A DNA stretch of 64,000 nt from Candidatus Latescibacterota bacterium. GTDB lineage: Bacteria; Latescibacterota; UBA2968; GCA-2709665. Where the stretch lies: contig CAXXJS010000040.1 of the NCBI GenBank assembly GCA_963662665.2, positions 224,001 to 288,000 of the forward strand, in the 5' to 3' direction. Shown here one piece after another: positions 33,504 to 43,650 of the stretch. The notes under the pieces were generated by a model. That model was not told where the DNA came from and made no database searches. It was given only the letters and a program-made list of their open reading frames with translations. The stretch's first letter is position 1. Each line of letters opens with the position of its first letter. Position numbers and translations under genes: made by a program.

Positions 33504-33720
33504 AAAAAAAATCCCGCATCATCCCCTCGCCATTCGGTGATGAACTTTCCTTCGGCACCCCGATTAAAGGGTGCCGGGCAGTGTCACCACTCACGCAGCT
33601 TTGAGGATGCGGGAAGGTCCTACGTATTCGCCGGGGACAAGGGAGCTACCCCTGCCCCTGAATGTCGGCTATTGTATTCGGTAGGCTACCCGACATACGG
33701 GTCCTGCCCGAGTGGTGACA
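33504..33720 (-). ncRNA. candidate structured non-coding RNA, family not recognised
   Basis: 11-bp closing helix (33710-33720 with 33582-33592), internal hairpins, crossing 9-bp pairing (33606-33614 with 33512-33520), U8 tail, TTGTTT-N17-TATATT just upstream. Confidence 0.55.
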
Positions 33721-33826
33721 ACCGAAATATAATTTCTGTGAATGACAAAAACAAGGGCAAATTTGCTTTTCTACGGAGACGGGTCGATCTGAGAGTAGCG
33801 AGGCCATAGACGCAGGCCACGTTTAA

Positions 33827-34773
33827 CCTTGATTCGCAAGTGCGCCGTGAAAAGGCGCGGAACTTCAGTGGGTGAGAGTCCCACCCGACAGATGTTGCCA
33901 CAGTCGGAAGCAATCGGAGCGGAGACGTAGGTAACGACATCTCCGAAGCCTCCGGTGTAGAGGGTCGCCAGGCGACTCGGCGAGTATGTGGGCTGAAACG
34001 TGAGTAAACGCTGAGCAGGCCTCGAAAAGGGTAATGCGGGAGCCGACCCGGCTTGCGAACGGGGAAGGCCGCCGTCGTTGGGGAAGCAGGCAACGAGAGC
34101 ACCCAACGGTCCCGCCGGGGTAATGGCGGAGGCACGCATACAAGGAGATCCGACGCAACACGGGAAGCCCCAGCGGTGGTGGAGAGCCACCAACCGGAAG
34201 CCCGTGAGGGCCAGGCCGGGCCGTATGGGGTGGCGGACAGGCTCGTAGTACCTGTGATGCCGGGTAACGCCGGCGGAGGAAAGGGGCCTGACTTCGGATG
34301 TGCTTGTGAAGGGGACAACTGTCGGGAGAGTGGCGCAAGCCTATAACCTCCTCCAGAATAAGACGAGGCGACTCCAGATCAAGCTAAGGTTTCAGGTGAA
34401 GCTGTCCGGGCAGATCGGGCAGTGTGTACCTGAAGGCGATGTCCGTCGGAGAGCCGGATGCGGTAACTCCGCACGTCCGGTTCGACGAGCGGGATGTGGA
34501 AACGGAGCAGGGAGGGGCTATTGAGGCACCGCCAGACGAAAGGGGCGGGAACAGACAGGCCACTCCTAAACCACCGCGCCACATCTCGACTCTACTTCTT
34601 CGGGGAAGTAAAACCGAATATATGCAAGTAGATAAAGGCGATTTAACTTCTGATTACCAGGATACACCAGGTCACTGGACGTGGACTGAAAAAACGTCCT
34701 TTTTAACGACCGTTACGCCCCGTTTCAGGGGTTTTCGTCGCGTTGCCGAGTTGCTGTTTTTTTCACATTGAGG
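33827..34773. mobile_element. MITE copy 1 (about 190 bp, CC...GG ends, IS1380-like), interrupted by a group II intron
   Basis: 33827-33839 plus 34596-34773 is near-identical to 46251-46442; TTAA on both sides. Confidence 0.8.
33840..34595 (+). mobile_element. ORF-less group II intron (756 nt)
   Basis: 5' GTGCG; domain V gagccggatgcggtaactccgcacgtccggttc (34451-34483); domain VI ending ctcgactctAC; EBS1 TTGCGA (34053-34058) complementary to exon TCGCAA; no RT ORF. Confidence 0.93.
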
Positions 34774-34891
34774 TTAAGAACTGTATCGCCGTGCGGGTGC
34801 GACAAAGTCACGTCAGAGAAATGATGGTTGCGTCCCGACCACTGAATTTTCGCCATGGCGGAGGGACCCGTCATCGCACCACGCCTCACAT

Positions 34892-35710
34892 CTACTCCCG
34901 GTTCTCCTTCCCGGCTTCCTGAATCGGATACCGTATGTCCGCACGCTGCAACTCACCTTGAAGCCACTGGCTGAACAGCGTGTCGCGAATTTCGCTTATG
35001 ACGCGTTCGTCCAGGGCCGCCGGATATTTCCGCTGAAGCATATACAACGCGAAACCGCCGGACGCCTTCTCAGGTCCGAAGATTTCACCTGACGAGGCCG
35101 CGAAGAGCCGTGCGGAAATCCCCCCCGGCAATTGCGCGCGACGAACGCGCCCCATATATCCGCCGGCCGGTCGGGTCCGCTCATCCTGCGAGAATTCACG
35201 GGCCAGTGCGCAAAAATCGGCCCTTTCTTCCCGCGTCTGGAGCCCGATCTCCTCAATTACCGCTCTTTCCCGGTGGAAAACCCAGCAGACCTCCGCCTCG
35301 TCGAAATCAAGCGTGTGTTGAGCGAAGTATGACTCGACCCGTCCTTCTGCGACTTTTTCAGACAGCATGCGCTCCAGCCGCCTGGCCTGGGCCTCTTCGG
35401 CCACGTCGTCCAGGGCGATCCCTCGCGAAACGAGCCATGCCTGGGTGTCTTCCACCCGTTCCAGGCGATGTCGATACCGCCAATCGTCCACGGCACGCTG
35501 GATGTCTTCGGGCGTCGCGAGAACGCCTTCCCGGACGGCAAGCTGCCGCACCAGTTCTTTGCGTGCGAATTCACCGAAAAAATCGAGTTTGTCCGCAACG
35601 CCCAGTTGACGTACGACCCGTTTGAGCGACACGTCAATGCCATTCACCCGGACCAGCGTTATTTCAAGGGCCGTGGTTGAGGATTCATCTCCCACCTGAT
35701 GCCGCATCAC
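34892..35710 (-). CDS. parvulin (PpiC-type) peptidyl-prolyl isomerase / foldase of the export locus
   Basis: F..LAREFSQD....AGGYMG.V.R..L, GEIFGP; overlaps the hlyD stop. Confidence 0.85.
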   Translation of the reverse strand: MMRHQVGDESSTTALEITLVRVNGIDVSLKRVVRQLGVADKLDFFGEFARKELVRQLAVREGVLATPEDIQRAVDDWRYRHRLERVEDTQAWLVSRGIALDDVAEEAQARRLERMLSEKVAEGRVESYFAQHTLDFDEAEVCWVFHRERAVIEEIGLQTREERADFCALAREFSQDERTRPAGGYMGRVRRAQLPGGISARLFAASSGEIFGPEKASGGFALYMLQRKYPAALDERVISEIRDTLFSQWLQGELQRADIRYPIQEAGKENRE

Positions 35711-37107
35711 ATAACCCCCGGCTGCTCAATTGACGTTTCCACGGCGTCGTACGTTGCGGACTCATACAGCTTTCTCAAAGGACTCAACAGCATCAGCAGG
35801 ACAGATTGACGGTCCGTCATGATCTCCGCTGTTCCCTTCATGCCGAACAGCAGCGGCTTCTGCTGTCCCTTTACGGCCATCGTGGTTTCTTCCAATTCAA
35901 CGAGACCCTTGAAGATCGGCCCGACGCGCTCATCGATAGTGGCATCGGGCGAAAGCTGTTTCAGCCACCCTCGTTTGATGCCGAAATCCTGAAATGCAAA
36001 TGCGTCATATTTCAGTTTTACTATCTGTCCGGGTTTAAGCAGACCCACGTCCTTGTTCAATACGGCGAGTTCGGCAACCATTGGCGCAGAGGCCGGCGCC
36101 ACTGAAATCAACGTCTGCCCCTTGCTGATCACCTGGCCCAGGGTGTTCACCATCACCTGCGTTACGATGCCCGGCTCCGGCGCCAGAATCAGGTCCGATT
36201 CGGCTTCCAACTGGCGGTCGACCCGTTTGCGCGCCTGTTCCAGTCTCAATCGCGCGGTTTCATATGCATGTCTCATCTGCGAGGTCTCGCGCCGGTGTGC
36301 GATGCGTGCTTCGAGAATCTGCCGTTTGAGATCCTGGACTGACGCCTCGTTCTTGTAGATTTCCGACATGCGTCCCGGAAGCGCCGCCAGAGCGCTGAGG
36401 TACCGCACCCGGGCACGATTGATTTCCGCAGTACTGATCAGCTTGCGTTCATATAACTTTTTCTGCTGCATGTACTCCTGTTTCAATTGATCGATTTCAG
36501 CCTGGCGAAAGCCGATTTGCGCATCCAACTCTTCGTTTATTGCGCTCCCGCCCGCGGAGTCGGCGTGACCCACGTCCGCCCGGTAATCCTGCAAGGCATC
36601 CTGATGCGCCGCCATGAACCGCTCCAGAACAGAGAGCCGTGTCTTCAATGAGGCCATCGTTTCCCGGTTCAATTCCGTCCTCTGGGGCAACACGTGGTGA
36701 AGATCGTACCTGGCCTTCCGATACGCCATTTCCGCCTGTTCCAGTTCGCGAAGGTCTCCCCAGGTTTCCCATGATTTCAGTTTGAACAGCAACTGGCCTT
36801 CTTCGATGCGATCGCCTTCCCTGACGCCAATGTGCTCGATCTCACCGCCGCGACGGGCCTGCAGCGTTTTCACCTTGCCCAGCGGAACCAATTGGAACGG
36901 CGCCGACGCCACGACGTCCACCTTTCCCCACCACGCCCAGATCACGGCGATTCCGACAAACAGAAGCACGAGATACAGCAACGCCCGCCCCCAGAACGGC
37001 CGGAGAGATCCCACGAACGCCTGCATCTCTTCTGCGCCGCCGTCCCGTACCGGGAGTACGATCGGGGACGCTGCCCCTGGCGAGGACGTCCGGGCGGGTT
37101 CTGCCAT
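35707..37107 (-). CDS. hlyD: HlyD family membrane fusion protein
   Basis: N-terminal TM helix, VREGD.I..GQ.L, coiled coil, V.LKYDAF.FQ.FG, GM.GTAEI.T. Confidence 0.92.
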   Translation of the reverse strand: MAEPARTSSPGAASPIVLPVRDGGAEEMQAFVGSLRPFWGRALLYLVLLFVGIAVIWAWWGKVDVVASAPFQLVPLGKVKTLQARRGGEIEHIGVREGDRIEEGQLLFKLKSWETWGDLRELEQAEMAYRKARYDLHHVLPQRTELNRETMASLKTRLSVLERFMAAHQDALQDYRADVGHADSAGGSAINEELDAQIGFRQAEIDQLKQEYMQQKKLYERKLISTAEINRARVRYLSALAALPGRMSEIYKNEASVQDLKRQILEARIAHRRETSQMRHAYETARLRLEQARKRVDRQLEAESDLILAPEPGIVTQVMVNTLGQVISKGQTLISVAPASAPMVAELAVLNKDVGLLKPGQIVKLKYDAFAFQDFGIKRGWLKQLSPDATIDERVGPIFKGLVELEETTMAVKGQQKPLLFGMKGTAEIMTDRQSVLLMLLSPLRKLYESATYDAVETSIEQPGVM

Positions 37108-37134
37108 AAGGCCGCATCCCTTTCTGGCGGAAGT

Positions 37135-40100
37135 TCAGACCGCCTGCAACTGCTGGCTGCACATATGAAAATAAAGACCGCGTTGAGCCATCAGTTCATC
37201 GTGCGCGCCCACATCGGCGATATGGCCCTTTTCCATGACGACAATTGTATCTGCATCCCGTACGGTGCTCAATCGATGAGCGATAACGAGCGCTGTGCGA
37301 TTTTCGAGGAATAGCGCAAGATTGGATTGAATCGCACTTTCCGAGTCGGTATCAAGCGCATTTGTCGCTTCGTCGAATATCAATATTTTCGGATCGCGAT
37401 ACAGCGCCCGGGCGATTGCAATCCGTTGCCGTTGACCGCCGGACAGTCCGATTCCCTGTTCGCCCACCTTCGTCTCGTATCCCAAAGGCATATCGCTTAC
37501 GAAATTGTGGACGCATGCCAACCCGGCTACTTCCAGCAGCCGGTCAAGATCCGCGTCGGATTCGCCCACCGCGATGTTCTCCGCAATGGTGCCGCTGAAC
37601 AGAAACGAGTCCTGCATAACCATCCCCACCTGGCGTCGGAGCCAGTGAGGATCGAAATCGCGTACGTCCATCCCGTCCAGAACCACGCGACCTTCCGAGG
37701 GATCGAACAGGCGTGGAACGAGCTTTACGAGCGTGGTCTTACCCGCGCCGCTGCGGCCGACAATGGCGACTTTCCGGCCGGGTTCCAATTCCAGGTTGAC
37801 GTTGTTCAACACGTAGGGTTCGTCGGAACCGACGGCGTACCGGAAGAACACCCCGTCGAACGCAAGCCGACCCTCGACCTGTTTCAGCCTCAGGCCGTGT
37901 CCTCGCTGGCGCGCATCCTCCATCCTCGAGTCGTAGACGTCATTCAGCCGATCCAATGCGACCCGGGCTTCCTGGACCTCCGGCCAAACGCCGATCAGTC
38001 CCATAATGGGTCCCATTACATTGCCGATGAGGGCATGGAACGCCATCAACTGACCCACCGACAACTCGCCCTCGATCACCAGGGAAGCGCCATACCACAA
38101 TATTACGGTGGAACTCAAGAGGTTGATCATACTTCCGCCCGCGCCGAACAACATCTCCATTTTCAGCCGCCGAAACCCGATCTGAATTTCCTTCGTAAAC
38201 TTGCCCTCCCACTGCCATCTCGTAACCCGCTCGACGGATTCGGCTTTCACCACGTCAATGCCATGCAGCGAATCGATCAGAACGGAAGACTGTTCCGCCC
38301 GCGCAAGGAAAGCTCGCTGGCTGAAGGACTTCAGAATAGGAGTATAGATCAGCGTCAGCCCCACGGACAGCGGCACGAATATCAACATCACGAGCGTCAA
38401 TTCCCAGTTGTAGTAGAACATCAGTCCGAGATAGACGAATAGCATGACAAAGTCGAGTATCGCCGAGATGGTGGTGTCCGTAAAGAGGCGCTGAATCGTG
38501 GCGTTTTCCTTGAACCTCGTGGTCAGATCTCCGGTACGGCGCAGTGCGAAAAACCGCATGGACAGACCCAGCAGATGCCGGTAGAAACGGGACAGCATGG
38601 TCAGGCTCAACCGGGCGCTCATATACCCGATCAGATACGCGCGCAGCGTCGAGGTGCCCATTTGGAACAGCGCCACCACGACCATGCCCGCCAGCATCAG
38701 GTTCAGGAGATCCTTATCATGGTGAACCAGCACCTGGTCGACAATCGTCTGCGTAAAGATAGGCGAGGCAAGGCCGAATAGGCTGAGTACGAGGGACGCC
38801 AGCAGCACCTCGATCAGGATGGGCGCATAGGGCTTGATCAAAGGCAGGAATCGTTTGAAGGAAGACCTGGAGGGTTCATTCTCCGCAACCTGGTCCGTAT
38901 ATTCCAACAACAGCGCCATGTTGGTCCAGCTTTTCTCGAACTCCGGACGCTTCAACCGTCGAAGGCCCAAACCGGGATCGGCTATTCTCACCTCCTTTTT
39001 GGTGATTTCATACAACACAACGAAGTGGTTGCCTTCCCAGTGCAGTATCGCCGGCAGTCCGGTCCGCATCAGCGCTTCATAGCCCGTTCGCACGCCCCGC
39101 GTGACAAACCCCAGCGTCTCCGCCGCCTCAGCCAATGCCGCCATCGACGTACCGTCCCGAGACACGTTGCACATATCGCGCAGCCTGTTCAGTCCGATCG
39201 GCATCGTGTAATACTTGCAGATCATCCCCAGACACGCTGCGCCGCAATCGGACTGATCGTTCTGTTTCAGGAAGGGAAAACGAAACGACGTTGGCGCCGC
39301 CTGTCTAACTTCATCCGTATCGCGATCCCCGTTACCGGATGGCCGACCGTTCGTCTCAGCCAGATTGCTCCCGTCCGGCCCTCCCGCCGCGATCCGAGTT
39401 CCGGTGCGTCGCGTCGGGGAAGACAGCGACCTGTCCGATTCCTGCTCCGGGGGCAATCGCCGGGCTGCCTCGCGCAGGGACACCAATGCTGGAATTGCAT
39501 AGCTGAGGCGATCGAAGTCGTCTCTTTCCAAATAATAGATAACGCAATCCCCCCGACCGCGGATCGTCCTCGGCTCGCCGCGCGAAGCATCCGTATCCTC
39601 GAAAAAATCACCCGCGACCAGCGTCAGCGCACGACCATCCTCCGAGGCTACTTCCAACTGACCCTTGCCCACCAGGCAGAACCGCCCGCGCGAGCGACCG
39701 GGTTCCGAAACGGTCGTTCCATCCGCGACGTCTGCGCGCGTCATTCGCCGTAACAGCTCTCCCCACGCGTCTCCCGGGACAGACCCTTTCAGATACCGGG
39801 TGAAGTTCCGAAAGGCGATGTTCCTGACATGGTCCTGGAGATGCGCCTTCAGTTCCGGTTCTCTCTTCAACACCTTGAAGAATTCATCCAGGGGTACCCG
39901 CAGCACACTGGAGTCCTCAACCGCGCGCACCGTCGCCCGATGCCCGTCGCCTGTAAGCAGCGCCCCTTCGCCGAAGTGATCGCCGGCGTACAGAAAGCCC
40001 AGGGTTTCCGGTTGGCCATCCGCACTCTGCTTGATCACCCTCAATCGACCCGACTGAAGAATGCAGAAGACATCACCGGTTCCCCCTTGATCGAAGACGA

Positions 40101-40170
40101 CCGACCCGAAAGGAAACCGAACGGACTCTGACTGAACGGACTCTTCTAAAAACGGGGACAAGACGTCCAT
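37135..40170 (-). CDS. peptidase-containing ABC transporter (cNMP-like domains + C39 + TMD + NBD)
   Basis: GDHFGEGALL; QNDQSDCGAACL, HFVV, ADP catalytic triad; GRSGAGKT, LSGGQ, DEAT, AHRLST. Confidence 0.95.
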   Translation of the reverse strand: MDVLSPFLEESVQSESVRFPFGSVVFDQGGTGDVFCILQSGRLRVIKQSADGQPETLGFLYAGDHFGEGALLTGDGHRATVRAVEDSSVLRVPLDEFFKVLKREPELKAHLQDHVRNIAFRNFTRYLKGSVPGDAWGELLRRMTRADVADGTTVSEPGRSRGRFCLVGKGQLEVASEDGRALTLVAGDFFEDTDASRGEPRTIRGRGDCVIYYLERDDFDRLSYAIPALVSLREAARRLPPEQESDRSLSSPTRRTGTRIAAGGPDGSNLAETNGRPSGNGDRDTDEVRQAAPTSFRFPFLKQNDQSDCGAACLGMICKYYTMPIGLNRLRDMCNVSRDGTSMAALAEAAETLGFVTRGVRTGYEALMRTGLPAILHWEGNHFVVLYEITKKEVRIADPGLGLRRLKRPEFEKSWTNMALLLEYTDQVAENEPSRSSFKRFLPLIKPYAPILIEVLLASLVLSLFGLASPIFTQTIVDQVLVHHDKDLLNLMLAGMVVVALFQMGTSTLRAYLIGYMSARLSLTMLSRFYRHLLGLSMRFFALRRTGDLTTRFKENATIQRLFTDTTISAILDFVMLFVYLGLMFYYNWELTLVMLIFVPLSVGLTLIYTPILKSFSQRAFLARAEQSSVLIDSLHGIDVVKAESVERVTRWQWEGKFTKEIQIGFRRLKMEMLFGAGGSMINLLSSTVILWYGASLVIEGELSVGQLMAFHALIGNVMGPIMGLIGVWPEVQEARVALDRLNDVYDSRMEDARQRGHGLRLKQVEGRLAFDGVFFRYAVGSDEPYVLNNVNLELEPGRKVAIVGRSGAGKTTLVKLVPRLFDPSEGRVVLDGMDVRDFDPHWLRRQVGMVMQDSFLFSGTIAENIAVGESDADLDRLLEVAGLACVHNFVSDMPLGYETKVGEQGIGLSGGQRQRIAIARALYRDPKILIFDEATNALDTDSESAIQSNLALFLENRTALVIAHRLSTVRDADTIVVMEKGHIADVGAHDELMAQRGLYFHMCSQQLQAV

Positions 40171-40459
40171 TATTTCGTTCCTGTAAGTTGTAGGACTATG
40201 CGACAGTCCGCATATAACTCGATGTCCGCCAGGAGGCCGCGCACAAATTGCCGACTATGCGTCCGGTCAGGTTCACGGGACATCCCGTCGGAGACGGCTT
40301 ATCCTGCGCCCGGCGTTCTGTTTTCGTTTGCCGCTTTGAAATGCGCCAATTCCGTCAAGTATATACCATATATAGTATGCACACGTGCGTCAGCGACCGA
40401 TCGCCAGGCCTGAGAACCCCGTGGCCGATGTGGTTGGGATCAAAGCCTTCAGTGTCCCA

Positions 40460-41308
40460 TTAGCTCCTAACTGCGTCCGACTCGGCATCCGCAGGCGGAT
40501 CCAGGCCCAGGGAAATCTGTTGTGTGTCGTTTGAAACCCGGTAAAACCACCACAGTCCAAGAGCAGCCAACAGCATCCCCGACGCACTCCACCACCAGGG
40601 ATTGAACGCAACTTCGTTAAGGTCTCCTGAAATGTCCAAATGACGAGAATAAAAATGTATAGCGGTCACGGCGATGAGGTTGTTCAACGCGTGCCCGAAC
40701 AACGCCGGCAGCAGTGACCCGGTACGGATTACCCACCAGGCCCAGACAACGCCCGATCCAACAATAGGCGCCAGTTTCCAGAGATCCAGATGCATCGCAC
40801 CAAACAGAACCGCCGTCCAGATAATGGCGGAAGGCCTTGTATGATGCGCCAGCAGACCGCTCAGGATAATTCCCCTGAACAGCAACTCTTCCCCGAACGG
40901 AGCCACTATGACTGCTCCGAACAGCGCAGACATAAAGGATGTTCTGCTGAAGATCTCCAAACGATAGATCTCTTGTATCCACTCCGGCACAGGAACGATG
41001 CGAGTCACGACTTTCATCAATTCAGTATCGAGCATCCCCAGACCGACTACTGAAATTGCAACGCAGGGCCATACCCGCGAATCAAAATCCCTGTTGAACA
41101 GATGCCGTACGTATTTCCAGTCCAGATCGGCGCGGCGATACACGTAGCCCAGAATGACAACGAAATTTGCAAATAACAGAATTCCCAGCACGAAGTCGTC
41201 GTCCAGCTGCCACCCGTCAACAATGGCCACAGGAATTGCCAAAACTGCCTGAACCAGCAGGAATAAAACCAACAGCCAAATCGCCTGCCTCAGGTTCGGA
41301 TATGCCAT
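40460..41308 (-). CDS. CPBP (Abi/CAAX) intramembrane metalloprotease
   Basis: EELLFRG, FGAMH, HALNN; shared MAYPNL start. Confidence 0.9.
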   Translation of the reverse strand: MAYPNLRQAIWLLVLFLLVQAVLAIPVAIVDGWQLDDDFVLGILLFANFVVILGYVYRRADLDWKYVRHLFNRDFDSRVWPCVAISVVGLGMLDTELMKVVTRIVPVPEWIQEIYRLEIFSRTSFMSALFGAVIVAPFGEELLFRGIILSGLLAHHTRPSAIIWTAVLFGAMHLDLWKLAPIVGSGVVWAWWVIRTGSLLPALFGHALNNLIAVTAIHFYSRHLDISGDLNEVAFNPWWWSASGMLLAALGLWWFYRVSNDTQQISLGLDPPADAESDAVRS

Positions 41309-41405
41309 CGACGTCTTACCAGATTTCGTGGCCGGCCTTGATTGATGGCAATCAGTGCGTTCAAGCATGATCTTTCCTGGATTCGTTTCGGATCGTTAGG
41401 CGATC

Positions 41406-41514
41406 TCAATCTGCGGGAGATTCCCCTTCCGGCCAGATGAAACATCCTGGTTTCGATGGGTGATCCAGAACCCACAGGTAGGCGGGGAAATTCTGAACCT
41501 TGAAAATAGGTCAA
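41406..41514 (-). pseudogene. C-terminal remnant of a DUF3267 paralog
   Basis: LTYF/KVQNFPAYLWVLDHPSKPGCFIWPEGESPAD (one frameshift) matches LTYFRVQDYRSDLWVKDHPSEPGCFIWPDGQTPFE of 43651-44256. Confidence 0.75.
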
Positions 41515-41652
41515 CTGAGTTCTTACATCGTTATCGGGCTACCCCGCAGGCGATCCGATATCGACATTAATGTATTCGTCTCCCAAAGCGTTCGGGAAAC
41601 GGCAGAGCTTTGGAATCAACCAACCCCTTGAAGCGTGTTCAGATACGCATGC

Positions 41653-42465
41653 TTACAGTGCGGGCGTCTCCCCGGCGGGAAATATGATGAAACCCACTTC
41701 CGACGGGTGATCCTGAATCCATCTGTCATTGTCATATCTGCGAGCCCTTAATAAAACCATGACATCTCCCGCACACCCGGCGAATGTAACACTCAAGAGC
41801 AAGACCGACCAGATCGCGGGATCCCACAACAGCACCAAACCAGCAACGGGTGCGGTAACTATCATCGGCAAGACCGCGAATACCCGGAAAGCGCAGACCT
41901 TCATCGGTCTGTCGGCGTGACAGTACAGCGCCCCCAATCGCCAATTGATTCCAAAGTGCAGCGATCTTATTGGGACTCTTGCCCAAGTCAACGCGGCAAG
42001 GCCGTGAATCGCTTCGTGAGTCACAAACAGGGCGATTATACATCCAATCAATTTCCATAGATCGGCGAGCGGGAATTGCAACTCAATTGCCCAGAGAAGC
42101 AAGGCATCTACCACGACGATAGACATTCCCGAAAACCATAACATCAAAAAGGACAGGTTGTGGATATCTTCTTTGTAAAATACCACTTCGGAGACCTTTT
42201 GATTCTCGGCCGTATCTATTTCGCCCGTGCTCGCCTCAAGGAGTACGGAGAGTGCGGTCACCATTCCCGCTGCAGTTACGAAGAATTTTCCTCGGAAGAT
42301 AATAAACGAGACTGCCTGAACAACCAGGACCGCCAGCAGAATGGCTAATTCGATTTGAAAGACGTATCTGAGAATCAGCATGGCAGGCAAAACGGAAAAT
42401 AACCCGTACAATATAGCCGTGAGAATCCAACGACTCCACATTCCCCCTGGGAGGAAATCCTTCAT
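41653..42465 (-). CDS. DUF3267 putative membrane zinc protease with extra N-terminal TM helices
   Basis: HEAIHG, FG.NW...YCH, GD, IQDHPSEVGF. Confidence 0.82.
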   Translation of the reverse strand: MKDFLPGGMWSRWILTAILYGLFSVLPAMLILRYVFQIELAILLAVLVVQAVSFIIFRGKFFVTAAGMVTALSVLLEASTGEIDTAENQKVSEVVFYKEDIHNLSFLMLWFSGMSIVVVDALLLWAIELQFPLADLWKLIGCIIALFVTHEAIHGLAALTWARVPIRSLHFGINWRLGALYCHADRPMKVCAFRVFAVLPMIVTAPVAGLVLLWDPAIWSVLLLSVTFAGCAGDVMVLLRARRYDNDRWIQDHPSEVGFIIFPAGETPAL

Positions 42466-42563
42466 CCGGGAACTCCGATCTTATGTCAATCGACTCTTTT
42501 ATAGGGCAGGTGCGTGCCTCCTGATCTGTTCCTGGCATAAATCGAGAAACAGCCGGACAGCGG

Positions 42564-43418
42564 CTATTCGCTTTCTCCTGGCGTTTCTCCCGTCTCAATC
42601 GCGTCCGGTGCGGCTGATTTGGTGTTTTGAGAAACCCGGTAAAACCACCACAGTCCAAGAGCAGCCAGCGCCACCCCGGTTGCACTGAACCACCAGGGAT
42701 TGAAAACCACGACGTTCAGGTCTTCTGCCACCTCGAAATATGGTATTTCGAAACGCAAAGCCGTCACTCCAATGAAATTGTTCAATGCGTGGCCGACCAG
42801 AGCAGGCCACAAGGATCCCGTCCGGATATACCACCAGGCGAATACGAACCCGTACAGTAGGGCCGGGGGAAATTGCCAGGGGTTCAGATGGCCCACGCCA
42901 AACAGAAATGCCGACCAGAAAATCGCCCGGTTCCTGGTATAGTGTGCCAGCAAACCGGTAAATATCGCGCCTCTGTATAGTAACTCTTCGACGGACGGTG
43001 CGACAAACACTGCACGGAATACGGCTGAGGAATAAGATGTCTTGCGCCCGAACTCCGATCCAAAAATATCCTGGATGAAATCGGTCATCGGAATTAGGCG
43101 AATCACCACTTTGTCCAATTCCAATAGAACCATCCCCAGGCCAACGATCGAAATTGCCACACAAGGCCATACGCGCCAATCAAAGTCCGTATTCACCATT
43201 TGCGATAGGTCTTTCCATGTTCGATCCGTGCGGCGGAAGACATAACGCAAGAAAACGTAATAAACCACCAGAGTTAGACCTCCAGTCAAGAGGTTTTCGT
43301 GTCGAAAACTCTCGCCAAGGATGGTCTGTACAAAGTGGATGATGAGTCCCAAGACAAATTGTGTTATCCAGAATAGTACCACTAACCAGATGGACTGCCG
43401 CAAGTTCGGATACGCCAT
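42564..43418 (-). CDS. CPBP (Abi/CAAX) intramembrane metalloprotease
   Basis: EELLYRG, FGVGHLNPWQ, HALNN. Confidence 0.9.
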   Translation of the reverse strand: MAYPNLRQSIWLVVLFWITQFVLGLIIHFVQTILGESFRHENLLTGGLTLVVYYVFLRYVFRRTDRTWKDLSQMVNTDFDWRVWPCVAISIVGLGMVLLELDKVVIRLIPMTDFIQDIFGSEFGRKTSYSSAVFRAVFVAPSVEELLYRGAIFTGLLAHYTRNRAIFWSAFLFGVGHLNPWQFPPALLYGFVFAWWYIRTGSLWPALVGHALNNFIGVTALRFEIPYFEVAEDLNVVVFNPWWFSATGVALAALGLWWFYRVSQNTKSAAPDAIETGETPGESE

Positions 43419-43650
43419 TCGAATATCCTATCATTAGACGTCACGGACCGTTGTTTCCCGTGTGGCCGGAAACTCTAACCGGATCGTGCCTAGAGAAAAA
43501 AGCGACGCAACATTATGTTCTGGAAAAACCATTTACACTACAATCTGCCCGTTCCTCCAGCCTGCCTAATAACCTGAGAGATTGCGAGCGATAAAATGCA
43601 CATAGAGCCGATTTCTCCGCAGCGGCTCCTCTCCGCCGCGCAAGGCTGAA

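Noticed and set aside
33504-33720. Calling the structured RNA a SAM, c-di-GMP, T-box, retron or tracrRNA element
   Set aside because: Only short motif resemblances; the consensus cores and cognate proteins are absent
33686-34771. ORFs of 67-210 aa overlapping the intron
   Set aside because: Shadow frames of structured intron RNA; no RT motifs such as YADD
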